From a virus (Duplodnaviria > Caudoviricetes), in the IMG/VR virus record IMGVR_UViG_3300012667_000122, positions 1 through 35,404 of that record: a DNA stretch of 35,404 nucleotides. The stretch is one strand, 5' to 3'. The notes under the pieces are model-generated. The model ran no database searches, had not been told where the DNA came from, and worked only from the letters and a program-made list of their open reading frames with translations. The position numbers were made by a program, and so were the translations under genes. Shown in pieces: positions 1 through 8,998 of this stretch (positions are counted from its first letter, which is position 1; the number at the start of each line of letters is the position of its first letter).

Positions 1-38
1 ATTACCGCTAGTAGAAGCATCCATAAGACCAATCCAAC
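1..38 (+). repeat. Terminal overlap, copy 1
   Basis: ATTACCGCTAGTAGAAGCATCCATAAGACCAATCCAAC is identical to 35367-35404. Confidence 0.97.
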
Positions 39-291
39 CAACAGTACCCCAACTACCACTAGCTTGAGGGAAAGTACAATCAGCGTTGGATAAAGATACG
101 CCATTAGAAGGTGCGCCAAAAGTAACTGAGGTGCGAGCATAAGAGCCTCCTGATACTTCTGTACCTGTGTTAGCATCTGTAGGGTCGCTTGTGTATAACG
201 CTACATAGATTGTAGATGGTGCTGTGTAAGTTGTGCCACGAATCGTTCCGTTAATTAGAGCGTTCTCTAAGTAATTGCTCATTTCTGCCAT
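1..291 (-). CDS. Virion structural (tail-associated) protein, 5' part; 128 aa across the junction
   Basis: ATG at 291 gives MAEMSNYLENALINGTIRGTTYTAPSTIYVALYTSDPTDA... and continues in frame into 35366-35271; not in the ORF track. Confidence 0.85.
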   Translation of the reverse strand, partial: MAEMSNYLENALINGTIRGTTYTAPSTIYVALYTSDPTDANTGTEVSGGSYARTSVTFGAPSNGVSLSNADCTFPQASGSWGTVGWIGLMDASTSGN

Positions 292-300
292 GATATGTCC

Positions 301-921
301 TTATCGTAAAGATGTTGTAATTGCAATTGGCGATCCTGAGTATTCGCCTTGATCGTCTGATACCGTTAATGCAGCCAACCCTCTATCATACATCTGCGCC
401 CAAGTAGCTAAACGAGCATCATTCATTATGTAAGGTTCTGCTTCACCTAAAGCGCCATAAAGTAGTAAGTCTGGGCAGTTAGCCAAGAATACGTTTGATG
501 GGTTTGTGCTGCTTAGGTACGGTGGCGCTGCATAGTACATCATCTGCAACGTATAGTTTGTGTCTGGAGCTGGTGCGAACTGAAATTCTTGCGCCAAGAT
601 TGTGTATTGGCGTGGAAGACCTACAGATGTAGACCATGTGTTTCTGTAAAAGTTACTTGGTGAGATGTACTCAACTACCTGTATAGGGTTTGTGTTGATA
701 TGCAAGTCACGCATCTGCAAGAAGTCTGACGGCAACTCAACTGTGCCATCGTCTGCTGTAGTCGTTGTTGTTACTACCTTTAGCATCTGACGTAAACGCA
801 ATTCTCTGCGTAAACGAGTTTCTGCTAACTGAATGAAGTCTGGAATTTGAGCAGTTAAATCAGTACGAGCTAAGTAACTAGCAATTGTACTCTGCAGGTC
901 TGAATAATTTGTTATGCTCAT
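301..921 (-). CDS. Head-tail adaptor protein
   Basis: IPDFIQLAE..LRRELR, LPSDFL and PDLLLYGAL motifs; lies just downstream of the capsid gene. Confidence 0.75.
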   Translation of the reverse strand: MSITNYSDLQSTIASYLARTDLTAQIPDFIQLAETRLRRELRLRQMLKVVTTTTTADDGTVELPSDFLQMRDLHINTNPIQVVEYISPSNFYRNTWSTSVGLPRQYTILAQEFQFAPAPDTNYTLQMMYYAAPPYLSSTNPSNVFLANCPDLLLYGALGEAEPYIMNDARLATWAQMYDRGLAALTVSDDQGEYSGSPIAITTSLR

Positions 922-1244
922 ACAGTTCCCATTCGTGTTCTGAATACCTGATTATCAGGATTGTTTAGGAAAGCCTTAAAGCGATCCATGTCTAATACTT
1001 GAAATCCACGAGTAATGCCTTGTTTTTCCAAGTCTGTAAATACTTCTAGTGGAATTGATGCTACTTTGTTCTGTGGTGCGAATGCGTTATTGCCATCCCA
1101 ACCTTTGCGATCTAAAGACTGTGCGTACAATGCCTTGTTATGTTCAAGGATTGCGCTAATATCTTGTTTTCGTTCAATAATTAACTTATCACCATCGTCA
1201 ATGAATGATGTAGTTGAAATTCCGTTGTTTATCGTTTTATCCAT
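918..1244 (-). CDS. Conserved hypothetical phage protein
   Basis: Sits between capsid and adaptor with ATGA overlap; FLNNPDN.VFRT C-terminus. Confidence 0.75.
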   Translation of the reverse strand: MDKTINNGISTTSFIDDGDKLIIERKQDISAILEHNKALYAQSLDRKGWDGNNAFAPQNKVASIPLEVFTDLEKQGITRGFQVLDMDRFKAFLNNPDNQVFRTRMGTV

Positions 1245-1253
1245 ATGTAGAGA

Positions 1254-1275
1254 AGGGAGATCCGAAGATCCCCCT
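1254..1275 (-). terminator. cUUCGg hairpin after the capsid gene (weak terminator or translational hairpin)
   Basis: Minus strand AGGGGGATC-TTCG-GATCTCCCT, followed by TCTCT. Confidence 0.55.
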
Positions 1276-1285
1276 ATCCTTAATA

Positions 1286-2233
1286 CTAGGTCAAGTCAGC
1301 AATGATACCGTGAGCAGCTTGGTTCTTAACTTCTAGTGTGTACTCTACTAAAAGTTCAGTATTTTCGCTGTCACCTGTTTTAGCCAATTCTAAAGTTTGG
1401 AATGGGCGTAGGTATGCAACTGCAGCCATCTCTGGATCTAACAAGAATGCAACATCATCGTTGTCTGTGTTAGGGATGAAACGGTTAGGAACGATTTGGA
1501 TGATACCGAAATCAGAAACATAAACGTCAGCAGCATTAACGATTTGAGCTTGTTGTGAAGCTGGAACATCACGGAAGCGTGTAGCAATGCCTGTGAATGT
1601 TGATGCAACTACTTTTTGTGCTGGAGTTACCAACAACATTGTAGGTGAACCACCGTTTGTGTATGCTGATTGGATTACTGTGTTCAAGATTGTTGATGTG
1701 AACGCACGATCTGTACCAGTTACACGAGCTGTTGTACCTAAGTTACCAGCAGTACCACCACTACCACCTGAGTAGTTGCTGTTTAACCATGTTTGCAAGC
1801 CACCTAATGTACGAGCAGTAGTAGAACCGTCACCTGCAGCAGCAACTTGGTTGCTCAACAAGATTGATTCCATGTCACGTTTCAATTCAGCAGAAGCTTT
1901 AGCTAATTGGTAAGCTTTTTCTGAACGACGGCCAGCTTTGTTTACAGCTTCCAAAGTACCAGAGATCTTAACAACTTTGTTAGAGATTTGTGTACGGTTA
2001 CCAACACGAACTGTAGGAGCAAGAGTAGATGAACCAGCATCTGCACCCTCGATTACAGCGTTTGATGTGTTTACAGCAGATAAGCTGTCAGTTTGCCATT
2101 CGTGAAGAACAGCAGTAGCAGATGTTTTGCCAACTGAGTTCATGAATGGTGTATCTGTTGGAGAGATGTTATAAATTACGTTAGATAAATCTTCACGTTG
2201 ACCGATAGCGGTATAGGTTTGATATGTAGCCAT
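1286..2233 (-). CDS. Major capsid protein (DUF5309/SU10-like)
   Basis: REDLS..IYNISPTDTPF, HEWQTD, N.TQI and ELKRDME motifs; follows the scaffold gene. Confidence 0.9.
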   Translation of the reverse strand: MATYQTYTAIGQREDLSNVIYNISPTDTPFMNSVGKTSATAVLHEWQTDSLSAVNTSNAVIEGADAGSSTLAPTVRVGNRTQISNKVVKISGTLEAVNKAGRRSEKAYQLAKASAELKRDMESILLSNQVAAAGDGSTTARTLGGLQTWLNSNYSGGSGGTAGNLGTTARVTGTDRAFTSTILNTVIQSAYTNGGSPTMLLVTPAQKVVASTFTGIATRFRDVPASQQAQIVNAADVYVSDFGIIQIVPNRFIPNTDNDDVAFLLDPEMAAVAYLRPFQTLELAKTGDSENTELLVEYTLEVKNQAAHGIIADLT

Positions 2234-2242
2234 GTTAATTCC

Positions 2243-3235
2243 TTAAATAAAGTTTTCAAACAGTTTGGCAGCATCACGGACACGGCCAGTCTGTTTAAGT
2301 TGAATTGATTGGCGCTTGACTTGTTCAGATGTCGCAGGTTTTACGCTGTTACCACTCTTCAATGTCTTAGGCGCTTCGCTAACCCTTTTGTTTACATTAG
2401 GTTTAGCTTGTTGTAATTTGTCGTATAACATTGCCTTATGCAACGCCACAACTTGACGAGAGTCACGAACCATTGATAGCTCTTCATCAGAGAAGCCTAG
2501 ATTAGTTTTTGCGAAGCTTCGCAATTCTGATCGTAGTGCCTCACCCTTAACTGGATCAGTATATTCTGGTAGCACTTTAGCCAACTGTTCAGCTTGTTGA
2601 GCTAAGTATCCTTGCATCTGTTGAGCGTATTCCGCTTGTTGCTGTTCAGCAATGCGTTGACGTTCTAACTGTACTGCTTGGAGTTGCTCTCGCTGTTGTT
2701 GTTTTTCTGCTACTCGTACTGCGTAACCAATAGGATCTGATTCCTTGAGATATTCCAAGTCCTCATTTTGCTCTGGAGAGTTCAGCAATTGCTCCATTGC
2801 TTGCAATCGTTGGGCATAAGCATCTCGTAAATACTTAGCTTCTTCGATGGCCTTTGCTTCAGCTTCTAGAACCTTGCGCTGTTCGGCCACTTGTTGCGTT
2901 TTCTTAGTGTAATCAGCACCTTGTTGTGCAAGTGATTTAAGTTCGCTTAAAGTTAGCTCTTTGTCTTCACCAGCTACCTTGACAGAATAGGTTTGTTCAA
3001 CTTCTTCTTCTGGTTCTTCTGACTCAAACTCAGGCTCTTCTTGCTCACCTTCATCTTGCCAATCTTGTTGCTCATCATCACTAACTAATTCTTCTTCTGG
3101 CTGTTCTGGTTGAGCTTCTACTTGCCCTTCGGGTGCTTCTGCTGCATCCATGAAACCTAAGAAAGAATTTGCTGCATCTTGTACGGTTGTACCTTGCGAC
3201 TGGTTTTCACTCCCGTTAGGGTTGGTGTTTTCCAT
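2243..3235 (-). CDS. Capsid scaffolding protein
   Basis: Acidic N-terminus, YSVKVAGE..ELTL.EL...ADYTKKTQ motif, Gln-rich coiled coil; directly upstream of capsid gene. Confidence 0.85.
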   Translation of the reverse strand: MENTNPNGSENQSQGTTVQDAANSFLGFMDAAEAPEGQVEAQPEQPEEELVSDDEQQDWQDEGEQEEPEFESEEPEEEVEQTYSVKVAGEDKELTLSELKSLAQQGADYTKKTQQVAEQRKVLEAEAKAIEEAKYLRDAYAQRLQAMEQLLNSPEQNEDLEYLKESDPIGYAVRVAEKQQQREQLQAVQLERQRIAEQQQAEYAQQMQGYLAQQAEQLAKVLPEYTDPVKGEALRSELRSFAKTNLGFSDEELSMVRDSRQVVALHKAMLYDKLQQAKPNVNKRVSEAPKTLKSGNSVKPATSEQVKRQSIQLKQTGRVRDAAKLFENFI

Positions 3236-3331
3236 TTTGATAATTTCCTTTATCTATTCCAATGTAAAATCAACTTACATTAGAGCTGCACCTCACGGTG
3301 TTAGCTAAAAAACTGGTTGTTCAGTTAGAAA

Positions 3332-3562
3332 TCAAAAAATCTTCCAGCGCTTTTCGTTAATCTTACGCTGATCTGCCATTGATTCAATATGTGCTAAGAC
3401 ATCTTGGATCGCACTTAGTTTAGTATATGCAGCCTCACGTTCTTGAATATCATGCTCCTTAGAGTTGATGATTCTGTTTAGCTGAACTTCCTGTAATTCC
3501 TTAAATACTGTGGCAAAGTGTTCGTCATTGATGAGATTGTTTGCCCAATCAGATTTAGTCAT
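3332..3562 (-). CDS. Small helical head-module protein
   Basis: Between portal and scaffold; abuts its neighbour. Confidence 0.7.
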   Translation of the reverse strand: MTKSDWANNLINDEHFATVFKELQEVQLNRIINSKEHDIQEREAAYTKLSAIQDVLAHIESMADQRKINEKRWKIF

Positions 3563-4060
3563 TTATAAGTATCGCCCTGCTCCACTAGATGGAGCTTGTG
3601 TTGTCGTTGTTGAAACTGGTGTAGGCATAGCGCCTAGTAATCCACCCATAAATCTGCCAGCACCTGCATTACCTTGTGGCATTGCTGCCGTCTGTTGCAT
3701 TGCGCCTTGCATATCTGGGAACATATCAGACAATGATGGCACGTTATATTGATAAGGCTGTCTGTTACCAATCAAAGCATCCACTACTGATCGTTTACCT
3801 TGACTAATACCTGCAACATTACCAGTAAACGGTTTGTACATCTTACCATCTACAGTTAATAATCCTTCTGGTTCTGCTGCACGAGTATTCGTGTTGCTCA
3901 TTCCGCCAAAAGCTGGATTGCTGTATGCTGGCTGCCCCATTCCCATGTATCCAAACTGGTTGTAAAGATTGTATGTCTGTACTGGTGGCGTGTATGCAGA
4001 ATAATACTGGCCTGTCGTTGGTTCTAAATAGTAACCAGTAGAATCTTTAGTTAGTGCCAT
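3563..4060 (-). CDS. Low-complexity G/P/Q/M/Y-rich protein, possible internal virion protein
   Basis: Overlaps the portal stop; composition resembles the ejection proteins; two GLL motifs. Confidence 0.65.
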   Translation of the reverse strand: MALTKDSTGYYLEPTTGQYYSAYTPPVQTYNLYNQFGYMGMGQPAYSNPAFGGMSNTNTRAAEPEGLLTVDGKMYKPFTGNVAGISQGKRSVVDALIGNRQPYQYNVPSLSDMFPDMQGAMQQTAAMPQGNAGAGRFMGGLLGAMPTPVSTTTTQAPSSGAGRYL

Positions 4061-6122
4061 TTATATCACCTTTCGACATATCATGCAATTGTTTAATGGC
4101 CTTCATAACAGCATCCATTTGATTTGTTTGCGTTTCTTTGTCCATTGCCTGAGCTTCAAGCTGCAATTTAAGTTCTTTTAGTGCAAGCTCTGCGTTGTCT
4201 TTAGCAGATTTTTGCTCTAGCTCTAATTGCTTGCGAGCGTTATCAAGTTCCATCTTCTGACGGTCAAGATCATTCTTAGCCGCATCAGACTGAGCTTTAA
4301 GTTCTGCCTTAGCTTGCTCAACTTGTGCGTACATCTTAGCAGCCTCGCTTGTAGGATCTGCTGGTGCTTGTGAAGCTTGCTCTGCAATTTGTTGCTCAAC
4401 TTCTGGCGTAATCTCATTGATAAACGCTGTTGTATCCTTGAAGCCAGCCATCTCAATCATGCGGCCAAGTGTCTTACGGTACTGAGTCACAGTCACTAAT
4501 GGGTTATTAGCGCCATACTTGCCAATGATCTCTTCTTGTTTTGCAAGAATCATCTGCAGCATGGCAATCTGTTCTTGACGGTTACCGTTACCCAAGCCTA
4601 CGTTAATTGTTACGTCATATTGGTTAGACCACTCACGAGGATCGTAGTTTACCCATTGGCCACGCATTCGCACCGTACGAGGTTGATTTTGGTACTTGCA
4701 TAGTAACTGTAGGATTCCCTTAAATAAGCTCTTCACGCCTGTTTCTGCAAAGATACGAGCCATTAGCTCAAGCTTTCCTGCTGATTGTGTAGTCATTGCT
4801 GCAACAGCAGTCGCAGATACGTTCTGAAGTACGTTAGGATCTAGTCCTTGTTGCATATCAGACACGCCTGTACGCTTGGCCATAGATGCATCTAAGTATT
4901 CCATCATAGGGAATGACTGACCAGCAGTAGATTGTACGGTTAATGGTACGATTGCGTTAGGGTTCTTCATGCGAACCACGCCACCTGCTGTAGATGTCAA
5001 TAAATCGTCAAGATTTACCTGACCTTCGACTGCACCAACACGATAATTGTTAGTTAGGTACAGATTGTCTAGCATCTGACGTAAAATTGTGGATTTTTCG
5101 ATCTGAATATCCATTGTTCTGTCGGCCAATGACTGACCAAAGAACAGATGTGGGATAGGAATAGGGCAAAGTGAATGGAAAGGTACATAATCGCACTCTT
5201 CATTCGATAAGATTTCGTTGCCAGCAAACATAACCTTACGCATCTCTGGAATACCGTCACCATCTGTGTCAATCTTGATGTAGCACTCGAAAACTTCTAC
5301 GTCATTAGTGATTGCATAGTCAGGCAATTCATCACGATCATAACGTGCCAAGCGTTCTGGGCTGTATTCTAGGCGGTCACCAGCAGGAATACGCTCGACA
5401 ACCTCTTTGCTAAAGCCCATTGCTACTAAGTCACCACGATCAACCATCCTACGATGTGCTACGAACGGTGAATCAGCAATAGTGCGAGCATCTTTAGAGA
5501 TTAGGAACTCTTCTGGTGGTACATTCTCAATAACAACTCGGCTGTTATCATCTGTACGTTGTATTGTAATGTTATGTGTGCTGTATGGAATGCCATCCAT
5601 GCCAATAGTTGTGTCTGTTTGCTGTGCTACAACCTCAAACTCGCCATCCATCAATAGCATGGTTAGTTCGTCATCGGTCAATCCTTTGTATTTCTCTTTG
5701 GTGATGTCTTTCTTTTCGCTCCAGTAAGCCTTAACAATACCTACCTTTTGGAGTAACGCATCCTTGAACCAGTTATGCAGGATCAAGAAGCCATCGTTAT
5801 CTTTATAGAACACCCAGTTAGCCATGTCTGAAGCTTGCTCAGCCAATGGTTCATCACCATCACGGACTGGCTCAAACTGCACAGCATCTTCGTTAGATGT
5901 AAATACACGGATTAATTGTGGCAAAGCGCCATCTACAGCCTCAGCTACCTCGCCAGTTACGACTGCAGATCTACCATCGACCTCATTGCCGTATGGCTTA
6001 CGAAGGTAATACTCCATCGCCTCAGCACGTTGAGCAACCGTTTCGGTTTCAAGATAGCCAATGGCATTATCAATCTCAAGCTGACACTTATTTAAAATTT
6101 CTTCATCTGAAAGTTTAGCCAT
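4047..6122 (-). CDS. Portal protein (P22/SU10-like)
   Basis: Follows TerL with TAATG coupling (ATG at 6122); DALLQKVGIVK, VPPEEFL, PIPIPH.FFG motifs; C-terminal coiled coil. Confidence 0.92.
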   Translation of the reverse strand: MAKLSDEEILNKCQLEIDNAIGYLETETVAQRAEAMEYYLRKPYGNEVDGRSAVVTGEVAEAVDGALPQLIRVFTSNEDAVQFEPVRDGDEPLAEQASDMANWVFYKDNDGFLILHNWFKDALLQKVGIVKAYWSEKKDITKEKYKGLTDDELTMLLMDGEFEVVAQQTDTTIGMDGIPYSTHNITIQRTDDNSRVVIENVPPEEFLISKDARTIADSPFVAHRRMVDRGDLVAMGFSKEVVERIPAGDRLEYSPERLARYDRDELPDYAITNDVEVFECYIKIDTDGDGIPEMRKVMFAGNEILSNEECDYVPFHSLCPIPIPHLFFGQSLADRTMDIQIEKSTILRQMLDNLYLTNNYRVGAVEGQVNLDDLLTSTAGGVVRMKNPNAIVPLTVQSTAGQSFPMMEYLDASMAKRTGVSDMQQGLDPNVLQNVSATAVAAMTTQSAGKLELMARIFAETGVKSLFKGILQLLCKYQNQPRTVRMRGQWVNYDPREWSNQYDVTINVGLGNGNRQEQIAMLQMILAKQEEIIGKYGANNPLVTVTQYRKTLGRMIEMAGFKDTTAFINEITPEVEQQIAEQASQAPADPTSEAAKMYAQVEQAKAELKAQSDAAKNDLDRQKMELDNARKQLELEQKSAKDNAELALKELKLQLEAQAMDKETQTNQMDAVMKAIKQLHDMSKGDINGTN

Positions 6123-7420
6123 TACACCACCCATTTATTATTTACATTAATTGGTTTACCCCAATCGGAGTCAACCTCATTCAATCCAATTGCCAAGTAC
6201 CTGAAGCTGTCAGCATAGTGTGATGCCCAGTCATGCAATGGCGTATCAAAGAATACGTTACGCTTCTCATCGAACACTCTGCGATAGTTTCGTAGTGCAG
6301 ACAGACCTTGCTTTGTGCCTTCAGCATCGAACCAGCAACGAGGCAATAAACGTCTTACCGCCTGAATGCCGTCAGCAACTGACAGGCTTGGTGCTATTGT
6401 AACATCTAGACCAGCTTCCATTAGAACCTCTTGCCTAGACTTACCACTACTCATCTCACGAACTCTTACGTCATGAGGCAATATCTGTTGTCCTTTGTCG
6501 TAGCCCTTTTCACGCAGCCAGCTAACATAATAATCTAGGCCAACGCCATGATTCTCAGTTGCATCAATTAGCTGCACTTCTTTACCTACGATTTGTGCTA
6601 CCCATATACAAGTGCTATCGCTAACACCCAAATCCCAACTGCATACAATGCGAGCAAGGCTGTCGTAAGGTATCTTAGTAATTCTGTTTTGCTCATCCGC
6701 TTCATTGAGTAACTGTCCGTAATAAGCGCCTTCTACTGGTGCATCGAAGCTGCATTCAAACTCTTGTCTGTATTTATCCTCGCCCATCTCGGCTTTAGCT
6801 GCAGCCAACTCTTGATCGTCTAGGATACCTGTTTCACTTGCTTTAAACTCTAAGAACTGCCAGCCGTCTGTCTTCTGCGCTCGTTCTTTAAAGTCTGCAA
6901 AGTGGTTGTTGCCCTTTGGCGTACCAATGAATAAACACCAGCCCTTGCGATCAGCTAAGGCAGGTCGGATAATCTCGTTCCATATCTTAGGATTCTGGTC
7001 ACCAATCTCATCTAGCACTACGCCATCAAAGTATTGACCACGAAGAGAATCGCCATTCTCAGAACCGTATAAGCTAATACGTCTACCTAAGAAATCTACT
7101 CGTAACTCTGCAATGTTTACCTTTGCACCTAGCGGCCTTGTGTACTCAACCAGATAGTCGAATGCAACTCGCTTGGCCTGTGCATACGTTGGCGCAATAT
7201 ATGCGTAACGTGGATCTTTTTGTTCGTTATTTAGTGCAGCGTTAATCAGGTGTAGTATAGCTGATACAGTCTTACCCATACGCCTATGTGCAACAACGAC
7301 AGTAAAACGATTCCTGTTTACTGCGTGATGTATATCAAGTTGAGGTGGTCTAGGTCTGTATCCTAGATCTGGTGGGTTTGCTGCATCTACCTCTTCGTAC
7401 TCTAAAACTTCATCAGTCAT
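6122..7420 (-). CDS. terL: Terminase large subunit
   Basis: Walker A AHRRMGKT, Walker B VVLDE, FIGTP motif, nuclease WDLG...D and H.ADS.RY. Confidence 0.96.
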   Translation of the reverse strand: MTDEVLEYEEVDAANPPDLGYRPRPPQLDIHHAVNRNRFTVVVAHRRMGKTVSAILHLINAALNNEQKDPRYAYIAPTYAQAKRVAFDYLVEYTRPLGAKVNIAELRVDFLGRRISLYGSENGDSLRGQYFDGVVLDEIGDQNPKIWNEIIRPALADRKGWCLFIGTPKGNNHFADFKERAQKTDGWQFLEFKASETGILDDQELAAAKAEMGEDKYRQEFECSFDAPVEGAYYGQLLNEADEQNRITKIPYDSLARIVCSWDLGVSDSTCIWVAQIVGKEVQLIDATENHGVGLDYYVSWLREKGYDKGQQILPHDVRVREMSSGKSRQEVLMEAGLDVTIAPSLSVADGIQAVRRLLPRCWFDAEGTKQGLSALRNYRRVFDEKRNVFFDTPLHDWASHYADSFRYLAIGLNEVDSDWGKPINVNNKWVV

Positions 7421-7658
7421 TAGGTACGCCTGTAATTACTTTCATAATCATCGGAGCTTCTGCATTGCCAGTCATCTCAACTGATTGTAGATCTGGCACA
7501 GACTTCTTGAGTAATATCTCAATAGCCTTCATCTGTTGTGATGTTAGCTCTAGCCCTTCCAATGCACATTGTTGAAGCTTATCAATCAATAGTGCTGCAT
7601 TTATTTTGTCACGAATCAGTTGTTGATGTCGCGGATTAAGTTTTGCTGTAATACTCAT
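7413..7658 (-). CDS. terS: Terminase small subunit
   Basis: Overlaps the TerL start; AIEILLKKSVPDL motif. Confidence 0.7.
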   Translation of the reverse strand: MSITAKLNPRHQQLIRDKINAALLIDKLQQCALEGLELTSQQMKAIEILLKKSVPDLQSVEMTGNAEAPMIMKVITGVPND

Positions 7659-7693
7659 TTTCGTTCACTCCCATATGGGTTGGTGATCCTTTT

Positions 7694-7774
7694 TTACCAA
7701 TGATGAATTGCGTTTAAAATTAAAGTTACGTTAGCTAGTACAGCCAATGCTATTACGAACCAATGATCGTTCAC
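7694..7774 (-). CDS. 26-aa single-TM peptide
   Basis: GTG start directly after the upstream stop; (M)NDHWFVIALAVLANVTLILNAIHHW; not in track. Confidence 0.5.
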   Translation of the reverse strand: MNDHWFVIALAVLANVTLILNAIHHW

Positions 7775-8035
7775 TTACCATTTAACCTTATTTGCCCAGT
7801 ATGCTGCGCTTAGTTTGCCTTTAGCAATGTTATCTGCATGACGAGCCTTGAATGAATCGTTACGCTTGCTACCCTCTGGACTACCCTTAACGCCTTGTTG
7901 ACCAAAGCGAATAGTCTTAATCGTGTCACCTTCTTTAGCAACAACGACATGACTCTTAGTTGGATGATTAGGAGTTGCCTTTGGCTTATTGTAGCCAGAT
8001 ACTCCAGCATTCTCTAGTCGTGCATCCTTCTTCAT
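7775..8035 (-). CDS. Conserved basic phage protein
   Basis: KTIRFGQQG, SFKARH and SAAYWA..VKW motifs. Confidence 0.75.
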   Translation of the reverse strand: MKKDARLENAGVSGYNKPKATPNHPTKSHVVVAKEGDTIKTIRFGQQGVKGSPEGSKRNDSFKARHADNIAKGKLSAAYWANKVKW

Positions 8036-8190
8036 TTCTTAGCCTTCTTCTTAGCTGTCTTAGCTGCATCCTTGAAATCTTGTGCTGTAGGTGCATTCTT
8101 GCTGCCAACCTTGTTCATCTTCTCGCCAGAACCAGCCTTAATACGTTCTTTCTTGGCGTTGATGTTTGCATATAATCCTTGCTTGGCCAT
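8032..8190 (-). CDS. 52-aa Lys/Ala-rich protein
   Basis: MAKQGLYANINAKKERIKAGSGEKM...DAAKTAKKKAKK; coupled to both neighbours; not in track. Confidence 0.75.
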   Translation of the reverse strand: MAKQGLYANINAKKERIKAGSGEKMNKVGSKNAPTAQDFKDAAKTAKKKAKK

Positions 8191-8191
8191 A

Positions 8192-8338
8192 TTACTTGCC
8201 CTTCTTTTCAAGCTTGTTCATGACCTTGTCGATCTTTTGATCTGTAGTCATAGGTTGCTTAGGTGCTTTGTTGTAACGCATCTTGCCACCAGACCATAGG
8301 CCATCAAGTTTCTCAGCTACTTTAGTTAAGTCACGCAT
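8192..8338 (-). CDS. 48-aa Lys-rich protein
   Basis: MRDLTKVAEKLDGLWSGGKMRYNKAPKQPMTTDQKIDKVMNKLEKKGK; TAATG coupling; not in track. Confidence 0.65.
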   Translation of the reverse strand: MRDLTKVAEKLDGLWSGGKMRYNKAPKQPMTTDQKIDKVMNKLEKKGK

Positions 8339-8502
8339 TATTTTTTGCCTTTCTTAGCCATGCCAGCTTCACTCATTGCAATCGCAATAGCTTGCTTACG
8401 GTTCTTTACAACCTTGCCACCTTTACCAGAGTGCAATTCTTTGTCTTTATACTCGCCCATTACTTTGCCGATCTTCTCAGCTACTTTGTCCATGTTACGC
8501 AT
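8338..8502 (-). CDS. 54-aa Lys-rich protein (DUF6496-like)
   Basis: KVMGEYK..ELHSGKGGKVVK.RKQAIAIA.SEA motif; start trimmed to ATG 8502. Confidence 0.75.
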   Translation of the reverse strand: MRNMDKVAEKIGKVMGEYKDKELHSGKGGKVVKNRKQAIAIAMSEAGMAKKGKK

Positions 8503-8887
8503 CTTCGCTCTCCATCTCAGGTGTTTCGTAGTCTTTCTCTTCCCACACGCTGCAAACACGAGAGTTATGACAGATAAACGCAAGCTTGTGGCAGTAACCA
8601 CGTTGAGCTTGTCCATCATAAAGATCGTACTGATTCAATGGAATAGCTTCCATCGCTTCTAGCATATCTGGTGTGTTTTCGTAGTATTCGCAATTACCGC
8701 AACGTCTGCGTTTTGCTTGATCTGGTGTGATGCGCCACATTGTAGCCATCTTATCCCAGTAAGATTTGTTTGGTAGTGATGGGTTTGGTGCGCCAAGAGA
8801 AAAGTTCTTGATCGCATTCTTTGTGTTCTTGTCGTTCTCTTTAGCAGATACGATTGTAGTTTTAGTATCTAATAAGCCTTTAATCAT
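8495..8887 (-). CDS. Cys-motif protein with HiPIP-like pattern
   Basis: RCGNCEYY...GYC....C.....CSVW; first gene after the late leader. Confidence 0.7.
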   Translation of the reverse strand: MIKGLLDTKTTIVSAKENDKNTKNAIKNFSLGAPNPSLPNKSYWDKMATMWRITPDQAKRRRCGNCEYYENTPDMLEAMEAIPLNQYDLYDGQAQRGYCHKLAFICHNSRVCSVWEEKDYETPEMESEDA

Positions 8888-8907
8888 ATATCTACCTTAG
8901 TAATAAG

Positions 8908-8989
8908 TTGGTTACTCGCTGCGTCTGTGCTGGTGGCCTCCTCATTAATACCAGCTTTCCTGTTCCAAAACAGCATCCGCTTTCACCAA
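8908..8989 (-). ncRNA. Structured RNA motif, copy A (GAAAGCGGAUGC...GCAGCGAGUA)
   Basis: Closing stem UUGGU/ACCAA; core identical to copy B. Confidence 0.6.
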
Positions 8990-8998
8990 AAAGTAATC

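Noticed and set aside
1-38. 38-bp direct repeat as att site or physical terminal repeat
   Set aside because: It lies mid-gene at the exact window ends and there is no integrase; best explained as assembly overlap
1015-8662. Plus-strand and alternate-frame ORFs over the head module (e.g. 1015-1305, 5407-5727, 8345-8662)
   Set aside because: They are shadows of well-supported minus-strand genes, with no RBS or motifs
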